Shown here: positions 26,615 to 36,684 of the stretch, in pieces
Position numbering within the stretch: position 1 is the stretch's first letter
Layout: each line of letters opens with the position of its first letter
Assembly (NCBI GenBank): GCA_965263035.1
Contig: OZ253580.1
Span: 4,864,001 to 4,928,000, forward strand
Length of the DNA: 64,000 bases
Direction: 5' to 3'
Origin: Acidobacteriota bacterium
Lineage (GTDB): Bacteria; Acidobacteriota; UBA6911; RPQK01; JAJDTT01
Made by a program: the position numbers and the translations under genes
Notes under the pieces: generated by a model
Told to the model about the DNA's origin: nothing
Seen by the model: only the letters and a program-made list of their open reading frames with translations
Database searches by the model: none

Positions 26615-28554
26615 CTTTCCGGCTGTTGCTTGAAAAAGTACCTCCGGACCAGATGGCGGGGCGGCGGTGGCGTCGCTTTGCTGACGGCGATGACCAGAAA
26701 GAAGGAGGCCACCAAGCCCCAGATGATCGGATCGAGTCCCAGGAGCCGGTAGGACGAGAATCGGCCGTAGGCGAGATAGCCGGCCCCGTAGAGCGAGAGG
26801 TGGATCAGGAATCCTCCCAACATGCCTGCCATGGCTCCCCAGGTGTTGACTCGCGGCCAGTAGAGCCCCAGGACGACGGGAGCCAGGAAGCAGGAGGCGA
26901 GTCCGCTTCCCGTGTAGACGATGATGTCCTGCAGGAACAGGGGCGGGCTCACCGCTCCCAGTACCGCGGCGAAACCGACCACGCAGGTGAAGACGTAGCT
27001 CATCCTCTTGATGGTGCGCTCCGGCGCCTGCGGATTGATATTGCGCTGGTAGACGTCCCGAACCAGGGCGGAGGAGATGACCAGCAGGAAGCTGTCCACC
27101 GTGGACATGACGGCGGCGAACGGGGCCGCCACCAGGATTCCGGCCATCCAGGGCGCGCCGGCGAAGCCACTGAGAAAGACGGCGGTGGCCGGCATGATCC
27201 GGTCCGACTCCAGCTCCATCCCGGGCAGGAAGATGCGGGCGCAACAGAAGATGATCACCAGCGGGAAGTAGATCAGGGAGTAGTAGATGGCGACGGCGAA
27301 GATGGAGCGCTTCAGCGTGCCGGAGCCCTTGAAGGCCATCAGGCGGACCATGGTGCCGGGCTGACCGGTGCCGGAGATGGCCCACATGAAGAAGAAGGAG
27401 AAGGCCAGGCTGAGAGGGAGAAAACCCAAGTCGCTGTAGCGGTCCGGACCGGGTCCGCTCACGTACACTCCGGGACGATCCGCGCCGTAGCGGTAGGGAT
27501 CGGTCGCGATCCGCTTGGCGCTGACGGACGGCGGGGCGGCCGGAAGCGTTCCTGCCGCGAGTCGTTCCCGGATACTTGCCGCCTCTTCCTCCGAAACGAT
27601 CTCCACCACCTGAATCTCCGGGGCCCGGATCGAGCCTCGGGGGATCACCGCTTCCTGGCTGGTTCGCAGGAGGCGCGGCGCTCCTCCATCGCCGGACGCG
27701 CTTAACCAGACTCCGGAACGGATGATGGTGTCCTGGGAGGCGGGTGTGGCCAATTCCAGATCGACGACGCCCAGCCGGGGCGGGACCATGCGGCCCATCC
27801 GTTGGGTGGCCGAATCCAGTCCGCCGACGGCCACCAGCGCCAGTGGCAGCATGATGACCACGCCGGCCACCATGACCACGCCCTGCATCACGTCGGTCCA
27901 GACCACGGCATGGAATCCGCCGTAGGTGGTGTAGAGAATCACGGCCACGGCGAAAGTCAAAAGGCAGAGCAGATAGCCTGGATCGACGCCCTGGGTGAAG
28001 CTCAGATCCTGGGTCACGTCCGCGACCCACAGGACCGACCTGCGGAAGAAGGGGACGTCCAGCAGCAGGGTCTTGAGGATCAGGCTGCCCGACTTGAACT
28101 GGGCCACCAGGTTCACCGACATGAAGAAGATGATCATGCCGGTACAGAGGAGACCGAATCCGGCGCTTTCAAACCGGTCACGCAGGATGTCGGGGATGGT
28201 GATGGCTCCCGTCCGGCGGGCCAGCTGATTGATCCGCTTTCCCAGGAGGCCCATCCCGCAGATGGGCACCACTATGTAGCTGCCGATCCAGAACCCCAGG
28301 ATCCAACCGTGGGTGTAGATCTTGGAAGGGAAGCCGGTGAAGCTCCCTCCCGATGCACTGGTGGCGGCGAAGGTGAGGGCGAAAGCCCAAACGCCCAGAC
28401 TCCGGCTCCCCAGGAAGTACTCGGAGAGGAAGCTCTTGGTCTTGCGCAGACGGTTGGACATCCAGGCCAGGAACAGGACGCCCAGGGTGTAGATGAGGAA
28501 GGTGAACAGGGCCGCGTTCGATCCGTAGGAGGGGGAAGGCGCCAAGTCGGTCAA
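26611..28554 (-). CDS. Sodium:solute symporter (PanF-like) with an extracytoplasmic insertion
   Basis: EYFLGSRSLG, SGGSFTG, YGGFHAVVWTD, AAVMSTVDS; many transmembrane segments. Confidence 0.9.
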   Translation of the reverse strand: MTDLAPSPSYGSNAALFTFLIYTLGVLFLAWMSNRLRKTKSFLSEYFLGSRSLGVWAFALTFAATSASGGSFTGFPSKIYTHGWILGFWIGSYIVVPICGMGLLGKRINQLARRTGAITIPDILRDRFESAGFGLLCTGMIIFFMSVNLVAQFKSGSLILKTLLLDVPFFRRSVLWVADVTQDLSFTQGVDPGYLLCLLTFAVAVILYTTYGGFHAVVWTDVMQGVVMVAGVVIMLPLALVAVGGLDSATQRMGRMVPPRLGVVDLELATPASQDTIIRSGVWLSASGDGGAPRLLRTSQEAVIPRGSIRAPEIQVVEIVSEEEAASIRERLAAGTLPAAPPSVSAKRIATDPYRYGADRPGVYVSGPGPDRYSDLGFLPLSLAFSFFFMWAISGTGQPGTMVRLMAFKGSGTLKRSIFAVAIYYSLIYFPLVIIFCCARIFLPGMELESDRIMPATAVFLSGFAGAPWMAGILVAAPFAAVMSTVDSFLLVISSALVRDVYQRNINPQAPERTIKRMSYVFTCVVGFAAVLGAVSPPLFLQDIIVYTGSGLASCFLAPVVLGLYWPRVNTWGAMAGMLGGFLIHLSLYGAGYLAYGRFSSYRLLGLDPIIWGLVASFFLVIAVSKATPPPPRHLVRRYFFKQQPES

Positions 28555-28892
28555 GACGTGGCCTCGGCCCGATTTCGCGTGGTTGCGGTGTCAGACTCAG
28601 TCCGGTCCTCGCCCAGGTCGTCTTCGACAAAGTAAAAGAAGCAGAACCAGGCCGTGAACAGATCAGCGGCGATCCAGGGGACCAGGATGCCCCAGAAGAG
28701 CCAGGTGGGAACGCCGAGCGTGGTTCCGACCTCCCCCGGAGGCAGACCGTAACCGTTCAGATAACAGTAGGGGACGGCCCACACCAGCCCCAGCGCCCAC
28801 CCACTGGCGATGAGGATGGCCTCCCGCCGGGAGTGGAGAAATACCGGGTCGTAGTGGTCTTCGGGCGTGGGTCGAGTGTCCGCCGTGTCCAT
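28551..28892 (-). CDS. DUF997/YhdT-like small membrane protein (symporter partner)
   Basis: HSRREA, GVPTWLFWG, two TM helices, DDLG end; directly upstream of the symporter as in yhdT-panF. Confidence 0.75.
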   Translation of the reverse strand: MDTADTRPTPEDHYDPVFLHSRREAILIASGWALGLVWAVPYCYLNGYGLPPGEVGTTLGVPTWLFWGILVPWIAADLFTAWFCFFYFVEDDLGEDRTESDTATTRNRAEATS

Positions 28893-28937
28893 ATGAGGAG
28901 TGAAGCCTACTAATCCGTGGGAGCAAGGGCAAGACGG

Positions 28938-28961
28938 GGAGCGGCGACTTTCTTGTCGCCG
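28938..28961 (+). repeat. REP-like palindrome
   Basis: GGAGCGGCGAC-TTTCTT-GTCGCCG, the reverse complement of 10538-10561. Confidence 0.7.
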
Positions 28962-29090
28962 ATCCCCAGTGCGGCAATGCAGCGACGAGCGACCGGACTA
29001 GTCGGAATGTGGGCGAGTAAGACGTCGCCTCTCCAGCCGCCGAACCCCGGAAGGCGTGCAGGTGAAAATGTTTGTTAAACTGAAACCCCC

Positions 29091-29954
29091 ATGGCTCGAC
29101 GAAAACCGAACTTCGAGGTTTCCACCGGCAGGACAAACGGCGGAGCCTCGCCTGCGCAGATGGTGATCGGAGCCGTCCTCATACTGGCTCTGATGGCCGG
29201 GCTCTTCATCTACCGGGGATGCGGTCGGTTGAACGCCCTGGAATGGCAGACTGCCGAGGTGAACGAGTCCTTGAAGTCGGTGCTCCAGCGCTTGGAGCAG
29301 GTGGAGAAGAGGACTGGCCAAGCCCTCGACCGGGCCCAGGATGCCGAAATCAGTGCCCTGGAGGCGGCTCGGGGAAGGGATGCGGCGGACGTGGCCCGGC
29401 GCAAGGCGGAGCGGGACCGGTCTGAAGCCCGCCGGAAAGCGGAGGCTGCCCAGGAGGAGGCCCGAGCCGCCCGGGAAGAGTCGGATCGGATTCGCCGGGA
29501 ACGGGAACAGGAGCTGAATCGCCTGCATGAGGTCTTGAGCGGGATCGTCGAAACCCGCAGGACGGCGTTGGGCGTCGTGATGAACCTGGGCAGCGATGCC
29601 GTCGAGTTCGACTTCGACAAGGCGACGCTACGTCCCGAGAACCGGGAGCTGCTCAGCCGGATTGCCGGCGTTCTCCTCACCTCCAAGGGATTTCGGGTCC
29701 AGATCCACGGGCACACCGACGACATCGGCAGCAGCGAATACAACCAGAGGCTTTCTGTGCGGAGAGCCAAGGCGGTTCGTGACTATCTCGTGGACGCCGG
29801 CATCGATCCCGAGATCGTGAGCACCGAGGGCCACGGCAAGACCAACCCGCTGCTGCCGGGGACCAACCCCAAGGCCAGGGCCAAGAACCGGCGGGTCGAA
29901 ATCGGAATCATCGACACCACCATCAACTACGGACAGGTCGTCGCCGGTCCCTGA
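29091..29954 (+). CDS. OmpA-family peptidoglycan-binding protein with TM anchor and coiled coil
   Basis: FDFDKATL, HGHTDDIGS, NQRLSVRRAKAV, RAKNRRVEI. Confidence 0.9.
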   Translation: MARRKPNFEVSTGRTNGGASPAQMVIGAVLILALMAGLFIYRGCGRLNALEWQTAEVNESLKSVLQRLEQVEKRTGQALDRAQDAEISALEAARGRDAADVARRKAERDRSEARRKAEAAQEEARAAREESDRIRREREQELNRLHEVLSGIVETRRTALGVVMNLGSDAVEFDFDKATLRPENRELLSRIAGVLLTSKGFRVQIHGHTDDIGSSEYNQRLSVRRAKAVRDYLVDAGIDPEIVSTEGHGKTNPLLPGTNPKARAKNRRVEIGIIDTTINYGQVVAGP

Positions 29955-29972
29955 GACGGGCCCCGCCCCGGA

Positions 29973-30431
29973 TCATTCGACCTCGTAGATAGCCTCCACC
30001 TCGACCGGGATGTTGCCGGGCAGGGATCCCATTCCCACGGCGCTGCGAGCGCCTTTTCCGGGGTCGCCGAAGACCTCCATCATGAGCTCGCTGAACCCGT
30101 TGATGACCTGGGGCTGCTCCTCGAAATCGGGGGTCGCGTTGACCATTCCCAGAACCTTCACGACTCGGACCACGCGGTCCAGGGATCCCAGCGTGTTCCG
30201 GACGGTGCTGAGGATCGCCAGGCCGGTGACCCGCGCCGCCTCTTTGGCCTCCTCGGTGGTCAGTTCGACCCCTACCTTTCCGGTGATCTGGGTGCCGTCG
30301 ACCCGCGTCGGCCCGTGACCGGAAACGAACAAGAGATTGCCGACCTGGACCGCCGGGCGATAGATGGCCACCGGCTGGGGTGCGTCCGGAAGCTGGATAT
30401 TCAGTTCTTCAAGTCGTTGTTCAGCTGTCAT
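29973..30431 (-). CDS. RidA/YjgF family protein
   Basis: MTAEQRLEEL..., LLFVSGHGP, INGFSEL, GARSAVGMGSLP, VEVEA; AAGGAG RBS. Confidence 0.9.
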   Translation of the reverse strand: MTAEQRLEELNIQLPDAPQPVAIYRPAVQVGNLLFVSGHGPTRVDGTQITGKVGVELTTEEAKEAARVTGLAILSTVRNTLGSLDRVVRVVKVLGMVNATPDFEEQPQVINGFSELMMEVFGDPGKGARSAVGMGSLPGNIPVEVEAIYEVE

Positions 30432-30796
30432 TGAATGCTCCTTGGAAGTCGTGCGCGGCCGGGCGACAGTCACCTTCTGCCCCGGCAGTTGGAATCTCCA
30501 CGCCGATGGGAACCCACCCGGAAAACCCGCAAAGGATAACCCGCGGCAGGAGGAGGTTTCAACTTTCGGAGATCGCTCATCTCCCGGCGACCCGACGCCT
30601 CCTCCCCTCTCTTTCCTTTTTCCTCTTTCCTCGCCCCCGGTCTTCCCTTGACTTGAACCGGGGCCTGGGTCAATCTTCCGCAGGAGGGACCGAATAACGA
30701 TTTCCGGCCGTGTGCGGTGCACCATGGACCGTGGTCGCCCGGCGTTGTCCGGAACGGCGCGCATGCCCTGAACTGGATGATCGACGCGGCCAGACC

Positions 30797-32080
30797 ATGA
30801 TCTCTTCCATCCGTTCCGGAACCGACCTGCCGCCGTTCCTCGCCGATCTCGAGTCGCGCGGTCTTGTCTCGCAGAAGACCGTCGAGCTGACCGATCCGCT
30901 GCTTGCCGACACGCTGCCACCCCTTTATGTCGGGTACGACCCGAGCGCCGGCAGCCTGCACGCAGGCAGCCTCATCCCGCTCCTGGGCATGGACCGCTAC
31001 AAGCGCCGGGGCGGGCAGATCATCGTGCTGCTGGGCGGGGCTACGGGCCTCATCGGCGACCCTTCGGGCAAGGATCGGGAGCGCACGCTGGAGACCGACC
31101 AGGTGATCGCCCGGCGCATCGGGCGGTTGAAGCGCCAGGTCTCGGAGTTTTTCGGGCGAACCGAAGGGCCGGAGCCCATCTTCGTCAACAACGCCGACTG
31201 GTACCGGGACATGCACGTCATCGCCTTCCTGCGTGACGTGGGCAAGAACTTCTCGGTCAATCAAATGCTGACCCGCGACTCGGTGCGCACGCGGATCGAG
31301 AACCGGGAGCAGGGAATTTCCTTTACCGAGTTCTCCTACCAGCTCCTGCAGTCCTACGATTTCCTGCATCTGTTCCGGGAGCACGGCTGCAGGATCCAGA
31401 TGGGGGCTTCGGACCAGTGGGGCAATATCGTTTCCGGCGTGGACCTGGTGCGGCGGGCCGAAGGGGCCGCGGTCTACGGGCTCACCTTCCCGCTGTTGAC
31501 CAACTCGGAAGGGAAGAAATACGGCAAGTCGGAGCAGGGCGCGGTCTGGCTCGACCCGGAGTTGACCAGTCCCTACGAGTTCTACCAGTTCTGGCTGAAC
31601 TCCGCCGATGACGACGTGGGGCGTTTCCTGCGCTGGCTGACCGATCTGACTGGCGAAGAGATCGAGTCGCTGGCAGCAGCCCCGGCGCATGAACGTCGGC
31701 CTCAGAAAGCTCTGGCCGAGGCGCTGACCGTCCGGGTGCATGGGGCGCGGGACGCCGAGACCGCGCAGCGTGCCAGCCGGGTCATCTTCTCCGGGGGAGC
31801 GGCCGACATGGACGCCGCCGTCGTAGCCATGGTGGCTCGATCCGTGCCCACCCTGGAGGCGAACCCTGACCTCCCCTGTCCCATCGGCGATGCCATGGTC
31901 CGGGTCGGTGCGGCCCCGTCCAAGGGGGGCGCGAGACGCCTGGTGAAGCAGAACGCGGTCACCGTAAACGGAACCAGGATCACCGACGCCAACGAGGACC
32001 TGCTCCGGCACCGCGCCGGCGCCGGCGTGGTCGTCCTGTCGGTCGGCAAGTCGAGGCGTTACCTGGTTCGATTTCGTTAG
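30797..32080 (+). CDS. tyrS: Tyrosine--tRNA ligase
   Basis: YVGYDPSAGSLHAG, GGATGLIGDPSG, EFSYQLLQSYDF, ASDQWGNI, KYGKS, C-terminal S4-like domain. Confidence 0.95.
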   Translation: MISSIRSGTDLPPFLADLESRGLVSQKTVELTDPLLADTLPPLYVGYDPSAGSLHAGSLIPLLGMDRYKRRGGQIIVLLGGATGLIGDPSGKDRERTLETDQVIARRIGRLKRQVSEFFGRTEGPEPIFVNNADWYRDMHVIAFLRDVGKNFSVNQMLTRDSVRTRIENREQGISFTEFSYQLLQSYDFLHLFREHGCRIQMGASDQWGNIVSGVDLVRRAEGAAVYGLTFPLLTNSEGKKYGKSEQGAVWLDPELTSPYEFYQFWLNSADDDVGRFLRWLTDLTGEEIESLAAAPAHERRPQKALAEALTVRVHGARDAETAQRASRVIFSGGAADMDAAVVAMVARSVPTLEANPDLPCPIGDAMVRVGAAPSKGGARRLVKQNAVTVNGTRITDANEDLLRHRAGAGVVVLSVGKSRRYLVRFR

Positions 32081-32148
32081 CCTGCATCAAACCCGGGGGA
32101 GCACGCCCAGCGTAGCCGGCGCTCGGGAGAATTCGACAGCAAGCGCAT

Positions 32149-32304
32149 AACCCCGTTGAATCGGGTTCGGCCAGCTTACCCGGAGCGCCGCCCGGAAATC
32201 CTGTCGACCGCATTCTTGTAGCGACGGCCAATACGCTGGTGACTCGCGACCGGAAACTTCCCGGGTACGGGCGCCACGGCCATGTGCAGGTTCTGGGATG
32301 TTGA
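32149..32304 (+). pseudogene. C-terminal remnant of a PIN-domain (VapC-like) toxin
   Basis: Manual translation LPGAPPGNPVDRILVATANTLVTRDRKLPGYGRHGHVQVLGC*, resembling DPxDRxxxATA...LVTxD; in-frame TAG at 32113 and no start codon. Confidence 0.6.
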
Positions 32305-32511
32305 TGCAAGACGCTGAGGTCTCCGGCTATAAACCCTGACAACTATTCCACGCACTGACGTTCGCGCCAGTCCCGTTACCCCGCGAGGCGGCAACCACAC
32401 ACTCCTGCAGAACCTGCTTCAATTGCGAGGCAGAGTCGGAAGGCGGTAGAATCCCGTTCCCTGATTGTGTCCGGGGACCGTCCGACCTCGGATCAGGGAT
32501 TGGAGGACACC

Positions 32512-33849
32512 ATGTCAGAATCAACGAGGCGCAGCTTCATACAAGGTAGTGCCGCCGCGACGGCGGCCCTGTCGGGCGGATGGCCGGCCGTCCTGCACGG
32601 CAGCGACGACCGGGTGGTCCGTCTCGGGTTTATCGGCGTCGGCGGGAGGGGAACCCACCTGTTGAAGCTGGTCCTGGCCCGGAAAGACACCCAGGTGAAC
32701 GCGGTCTGCGACCTCCGAGCCGAGGCGGCGAACCGGGCCGCCTCCCTGGTGCGGGAATCGAGAGGCAACGATCCCGGAGTCTACGCCGGGGAAGATGACG
32801 ACTTCCGCAAGCTCCTGGCGCGAGAGGACCTGGACGCCATCGTAGTTGCGACTCCGTGGCGCTGGCACACTCCCATGTCGGTGGCGGCCATGAAGGCGGG
32901 CAAGGCGGTGGCGGTCGAGGTGCCGGCGGCCGTGACCTTGCAGGAGTGTTGGGATCTGGTCAACACCTCCGAAGCCACGAAAAAGCCTTGCATGATGCTG
33001 GAGAACGTCTGCTACCGGCGGGACGTGATGGCGGCTCTGAAGATGGTCCGGGACGGACTCTTCGGAGAGCTCATCCATTGCCAGTGCGGCTACCAGCACG
33101 ATTTGCGGGAGGTCAAGTTCAATCCTGGAGCCAAGTTTGGACCCGGCTCCAGGGGTGAGGCCAATTGGCGGACCCAGCACTCGGTCCAGCGCAACGGCGA
33201 CGTCTACCCGACTCACGGCGCAGGTCCCATGGCCAACTGCCTGGATATCGACCGGGGGAACCGGTTCGTGACTCTGACCTCGACGGCCACCAAGGCGCGG
33301 GGGCTTCAGGAGTACATTGTCCGCAAAGCAGGCGCGGACCATCCCAACGCCAAGATCCAGTTCGCCCTGGGGGATGTCGTGACTTCGGTGATCAAGTGCG
33401 CCCGGGGGGAGACTCTCCTGGTCAGTCACGACACCAACCTTCCCCGGCCCTATTCCCTGAACTTCCGGGTGCAGGGAACCCGGGGCATCTGGATGAGCGA
33501 CAACAAGTCGATCTACATCGAAGACCTCAGCCCCGAAGAGCACCGGTGGGAGCCTTTCGAGAAGTACCAGAAGGAGCATGATCACGCACTCTGGAAACGT
33601 TTCGGGGAACAGGCTGCAGGCGCGGGACACGGGGGGATGGACTTCTTCGTCGTCAACGGTTTCGTGGAAGCGTTGAAGCGGGGCCGGCCCACGCCCATCG
33701 ACGTCTACGAGTCGGCCTCGTGGAGCGCCATCGGTCCGCTGTCCGAGCGCTCCATCGCCCGGGGTAGCGCACCGGTTTTCTTTCCCGACTTCACCCGGGG
33801 ACAATGGGTCGTTTCCGAACCGACCTTCGGTCTGACTGACGAATATTAG
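32512..33849 (+). CDS. Gfo/Idh/MocA family, GH109 alpha-N-acetylgalactosaminidase-like, Tat-exported
   Basis: STRRSF Tat motif, GFIGVGGRG, LENVCY, YPTHG, GHGGMDF. Confidence 0.88.
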   Translation: MSESTRRSFIQGSAAATAALSGGWPAVLHGSDDRVVRLGFIGVGGRGTHLLKLVLARKDTQVNAVCDLRAEAANRAASLVRESRGNDPGVYAGEDDDFRKLLAREDLDAIVVATPWRWHTPMSVAAMKAGKAVAVEVPAAVTLQECWDLVNTSEATKKPCMMLENVCYRRDVMAALKMVRDGLFGELIHCQCGYQHDLREVKFNPGAKFGPGSRGEANWRTQHSVQRNGDVYPTHGAGPMANCLDIDRGNRFVTLTSTATKARGLQEYIVRKAGADHPNAKIQFALGDVVTSVIKCARGETLLVSHDTNLPRPYSLNFRVQGTRGIWMSDNKSIYIEDLSPEEHRWEPFEKYQKEHDHALWKRFGEQAAGAGHGGMDFFVVNGFVEALKRGRPTPIDVYESASWSAIGPLSERSIARGSAPVFFPDFTRGQWVVSEPTFGLTDEY

Positions 33850-33908
33850 AGAACCTCTCTCCGGGCTCGCGGCCGCCCGGCCCGAACTACGAAGAGGATC
33901 TTGCACCT

Positions 33909-35411
33909 ATGTTCGGACTGCATTGGCTGGATCTCACCACGCTTCTGGTTTACCTGCTGGGAGTCACCGTCGCGGGTCTGTGGGCGGCCCGGAAGGTCAC
34001 CAACCTCCACGACTACTTCATGGGGTCCCGCAAGTTCGGGAAGGCGTTCATGGTCATGCACGCCTTCGGGACCGGGACCCATACGGACCACGCCGTTACC
34101 GTGGCCGGCGCCTCCTACCGGATGGGGATGGCGGGGATCTGGTACCAGTGGCTCTACCTCTTCGCCACGCCCTTCTACTGGCTGGTGGCGCCCCTCCTGA
34201 GGCGGATGCGCTACCTGACCACCGCCGACTACTTCGAAGACCGGTTCAGTCCTGCCCTGGCCATCCTCTACACCATCTACGGCCTGCTCTATCTCTCCCT
34301 GCAGATCGGTCTCATGCTCCTGGGAACCGGGAAGGCGGCCAACGCCATCTCGGGCGGTGCCATAAGTCCCGAGTTGGCCATCGGCGTCATGACCATTCTC
34401 TTCCTCAGCTACGGTCTGCTGGGAGGTCTCCCGGCGGCCGTGGTCACCGATTTCATCCAGGGCTTCTTCATCATCGTCCTCTCGTTTCTGCTGCTCCCCT
34501 TCGTGATGGAGGCGGTGGGCGGATTCACCGGACTGCACCAGAAGGTGCCGGAGGAGATGTTCAGCCTGATGGCGCCGGGCGACCCTCCGGCGGGCTACGA
34601 TCGGGTCACGCCCTTTTACATCTTCATGATCGTCATCAACGCCTTGGTCGGCATCGTGGCCCAGCCCCATCACATGGAGATCGCCGGGGCGGGGAAGACG
34701 GAGCTGGAGGGCCGCATCGGATTCACCTTCGGCAACATGCTCAAGCGAATCTGCACCCTGGCCTGGGCCCTGACCGGTGTGGCCTGCATTGCCCTCTATC
34801 CGGACCTGGCCGATTCCGAGCACGCCTTCGGGCTGGCCAGCCGGGATCTGCTGCCCGTGGGACTGGTGGGTGTCATGCTGGCCTCCATGGTGGCGGCCGC
34901 CATGTCCAGCTGCGACTCCTTGATGGTGGACGGCTCGGCCCTCTTCGTGAAGAACGTCTACCAGCGTTACCTGCGGCCCCAGGCATCGGTCCGCCATTAT
35001 CTGAATGTGGGCCGGCTGGTCGGAGTCGCCGTGGTCATGGGCGGGATCGTCGTCGCCACCTACGCCACCACCGTAGTGGGAATTCTCAAGCTGACCTGGT
35101 CGCTGGTGGCCTTCTTCGGGATCGCCTTCTGGGGCGGGGTATTGTGGCGGCGCTGCAACGCCTATGGAGCCTGGGCGGGGATTCTGGTATCGGCCCTTCT
35201 CTGGTATCTTTCCCGCTTCGTCTGGGGCTGGGAACTGCACCAGCAGTTCCTGGTCTACCTGCTGGGCGGGTTCTTCTGCATGATCGTCGTCAGTCTCCTC
35301 ACGCCGCCGGCGGATCAGGATCGGCTGAACCGCTTCTACGCCATCCTGCAAACGCCTGTGGGAGAGGAGCATCGCCTGCGGGAAGCGGGCATCCGGCTGG
35401 ACAGGGAGTGA
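33909..35411 (+). CDS. Sodium:solute symporter family protein
   Basis: DYFMGSRKFG, GGLPAAVVTDFIQG, AAAMSSCDS; many TM segments. Confidence 0.9.
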   Translation: MFGLHWLDLTTLLVYLLGVTVAGLWAARKVTNLHDYFMGSRKFGKAFMVMHAFGTGTHTDHAVTVAGASYRMGMAGIWYQWLYLFATPFYWLVAPLLRRMRYLTTADYFEDRFSPALAILYTIYGLLYLSLQIGLMLLGTGKAANAISGGAISPELAIGVMTILFLSYGLLGGLPAAVVTDFIQGFFIIVLSFLLLPFVMEAVGGFTGLHQKVPEEMFSLMAPGDPPAGYDRVTPFYIFMIVINALVGIVAQPHHMEIAGAGKTELEGRIGFTFGNMLKRICTLAWALTGVACIALYPDLADSEHAFGLASRDLLPVGLVGVMLASMVAAAMSSCDSLMVDGSALFVKNVYQRYLRPQASVRHYLNVGRLVGVAVVMGGIVVATYATTVVGILKLTWSLVAFFGIAFWGGVLWRRCNAYGAWAGILVSALLWYLSRFVWGWELHQQFLVYLLGGFFCMIVVSLLTPPADQDRLNRFYAILQTPVGEEHRLREAGIRLDRE

Positions 35412-35413
35412 CC

Positions 35414-35533
35414 ATGTGGGGTCTGGAGCTCGGCAAGCCCTCCAAGCAGACGGTGGTGGGCTTTCTGCTGGCCTGGGCGTGCGTCATCGTCATCATCCTG
35501 GTCACCCTGGTCCTGGTCCGGATCGGGGCCTGA
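35414..35533 (+). CDS. Small single-TM protein (symporter-associated)
   Basis: MWGLELGKPSKQTVVGFLLAWACVIVIILVTLVLVRIGA; GGAG RBS; similar to the tail segment of such symporters. Confidence 0.6.
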   Translation: MWGLELGKPSKQTVVGFLLAWACVIVIILVTLVLVRIGA

Positions 35534-35565
35534 TCCACGGGGCGCAACTGCGGGAGGGTAAGACC

Positions 35566-36672
35566 ATGGCCCGAGAACCCATCATCGATTGCGACGTCCA
35601 CCACGCGATCGCCGAACCGGAAGAACTCTTCCCCTACCTACCTCGCGACTATGTGGAGCACATCCAGGACTTCGGCCTGATGATGCCCGGCGGCTTCTCC
35701 ACCGGCTACACCAACATGCCGAAAGGAGGCGCCCGGGTCGATGTCTGGGACGGTGACATTCATCCCGCCAACAACATCGACATGGCTCGGAAACGACACT
35801 TGGACGAGTATGGAGTGGCGGCAGCGGTCCTTACCGGCTCGACGGTGTACGGAGCTTCGGTGCATCCCAACGTGGATTACGCGGCCGCCCTCTGCCGCGC
35901 CTTCAACGACTGGACCCTGGACACCTGGATCGCGGCGGACCGCCGCTTTTTTGGTTCCATATCGGTCTCTGCCGCAGACCCATTCCAGGCGGCCCAGGAG
36001 ATTCACCGGCTGGGCAAGCACCCGCGAATGGTCCAGGTCATCATTCCCGCGGGCGCACGGATGCCCTTCGGAAATCGCTTCTACCATCCCATGTACGAGG
36101 CGGCCCACGAGTACGGCTTGCCCGTATGCGTCCACTTCGGCTCCGAGGGGACGGGAGTTTCGGGTGCTCCCACCGGAGTCGGATACCCTTCCTACTACCT
36201 GGAGATGCGGATGGCCCGTCCCCAGACCGCCATGGCGCACGTGTCGAGTCTCATCTGCGAAGGGGTCTTCGAGAAGTTTCCCAACCTTCGGTTCCTCTTC
36301 GTGGAGCACGACACGTTCTGGGTTCCGGGGCTCATGTGGCATATGGACGCGGACTGGAAATCGACGCGGGAGTATATCCCATGGGTCAAGCGGCCCCCCA
36401 GCGAGTACATCCGCCGCAACATCCGTTTCGGTACCCAACCGATGGAACAGCCTCCGAGCCTGGACGACCTGAAGGTCTTTCTCCGCTGGTTGCACGCCGA
36501 TGAGATCCTGGTCTTCGGCAGCGACTATCCGCATTGGGACTGGGATGCCCCGGACCGGGTGCTGCGAGGCGTGTCTCCGGAGTTGAGGCGGCGGGTCTTC
36601 TACGAAAACGCCCGGGAGCTCTACGGTGACCGGCTGGGCGACCTGGACTCGGCTTCCAACGGGAGAGGGTAG
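35566..36672 (+). CDS. Amidohydrolase_2-fold protein (putative amidohydrolase-related dinuclear oxygenase)
   Basis: IIDCDVH, CRAFNDW, VHFG, EGVFEKFPNL..VE, FGSDYPHWD; Rieske gene adjacent. Confidence 0.85.
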   Translation: MAREPIIDCDVHHAIAEPEELFPYLPRDYVEHIQDFGLMMPGGFSTGYTNMPKGGARVDVWDGDIHPANNIDMARKRHLDEYGVAAAVLTGSTVYGASVHPNVDYAAALCRAFNDWTLDTWIAADRRFFGSISVSAADPFQAAQEIHRLGKHPRMVQVIIPAGARMPFGNRFYHPMYEAAHEYGLPVCVHFGSEGTGVSGAPTGVGYPSYYLEMRMARPQTAMAHVSSLICEGVFEKFPNLRFLFVEHDTFWVPGLMWHMDADWKSTREYIPWVKRPPSEYIRRNIRFGTQPMEQPPSLDDLKVFLRWLHADEILVFGSDYPHWDWDAPDRVLRGVSPELRRRVFYENARELYGDRLGDLDSASNGRG

Positions 36673-36684
36673 AGGGAAGTCGGG

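Noticed and set aside
26615-28030. 834-aa fusion ORF 25526..28030
   Set aside because: The N-terminal part is an off-frame shadow of the symporter; only the last ~350 aa are a real PLP enzyme.
30432-30796. T-box riboswitch before tyrS
   Set aside because: No GGTGGNACCGCG T-box consensus or specifier-loop motifs found.
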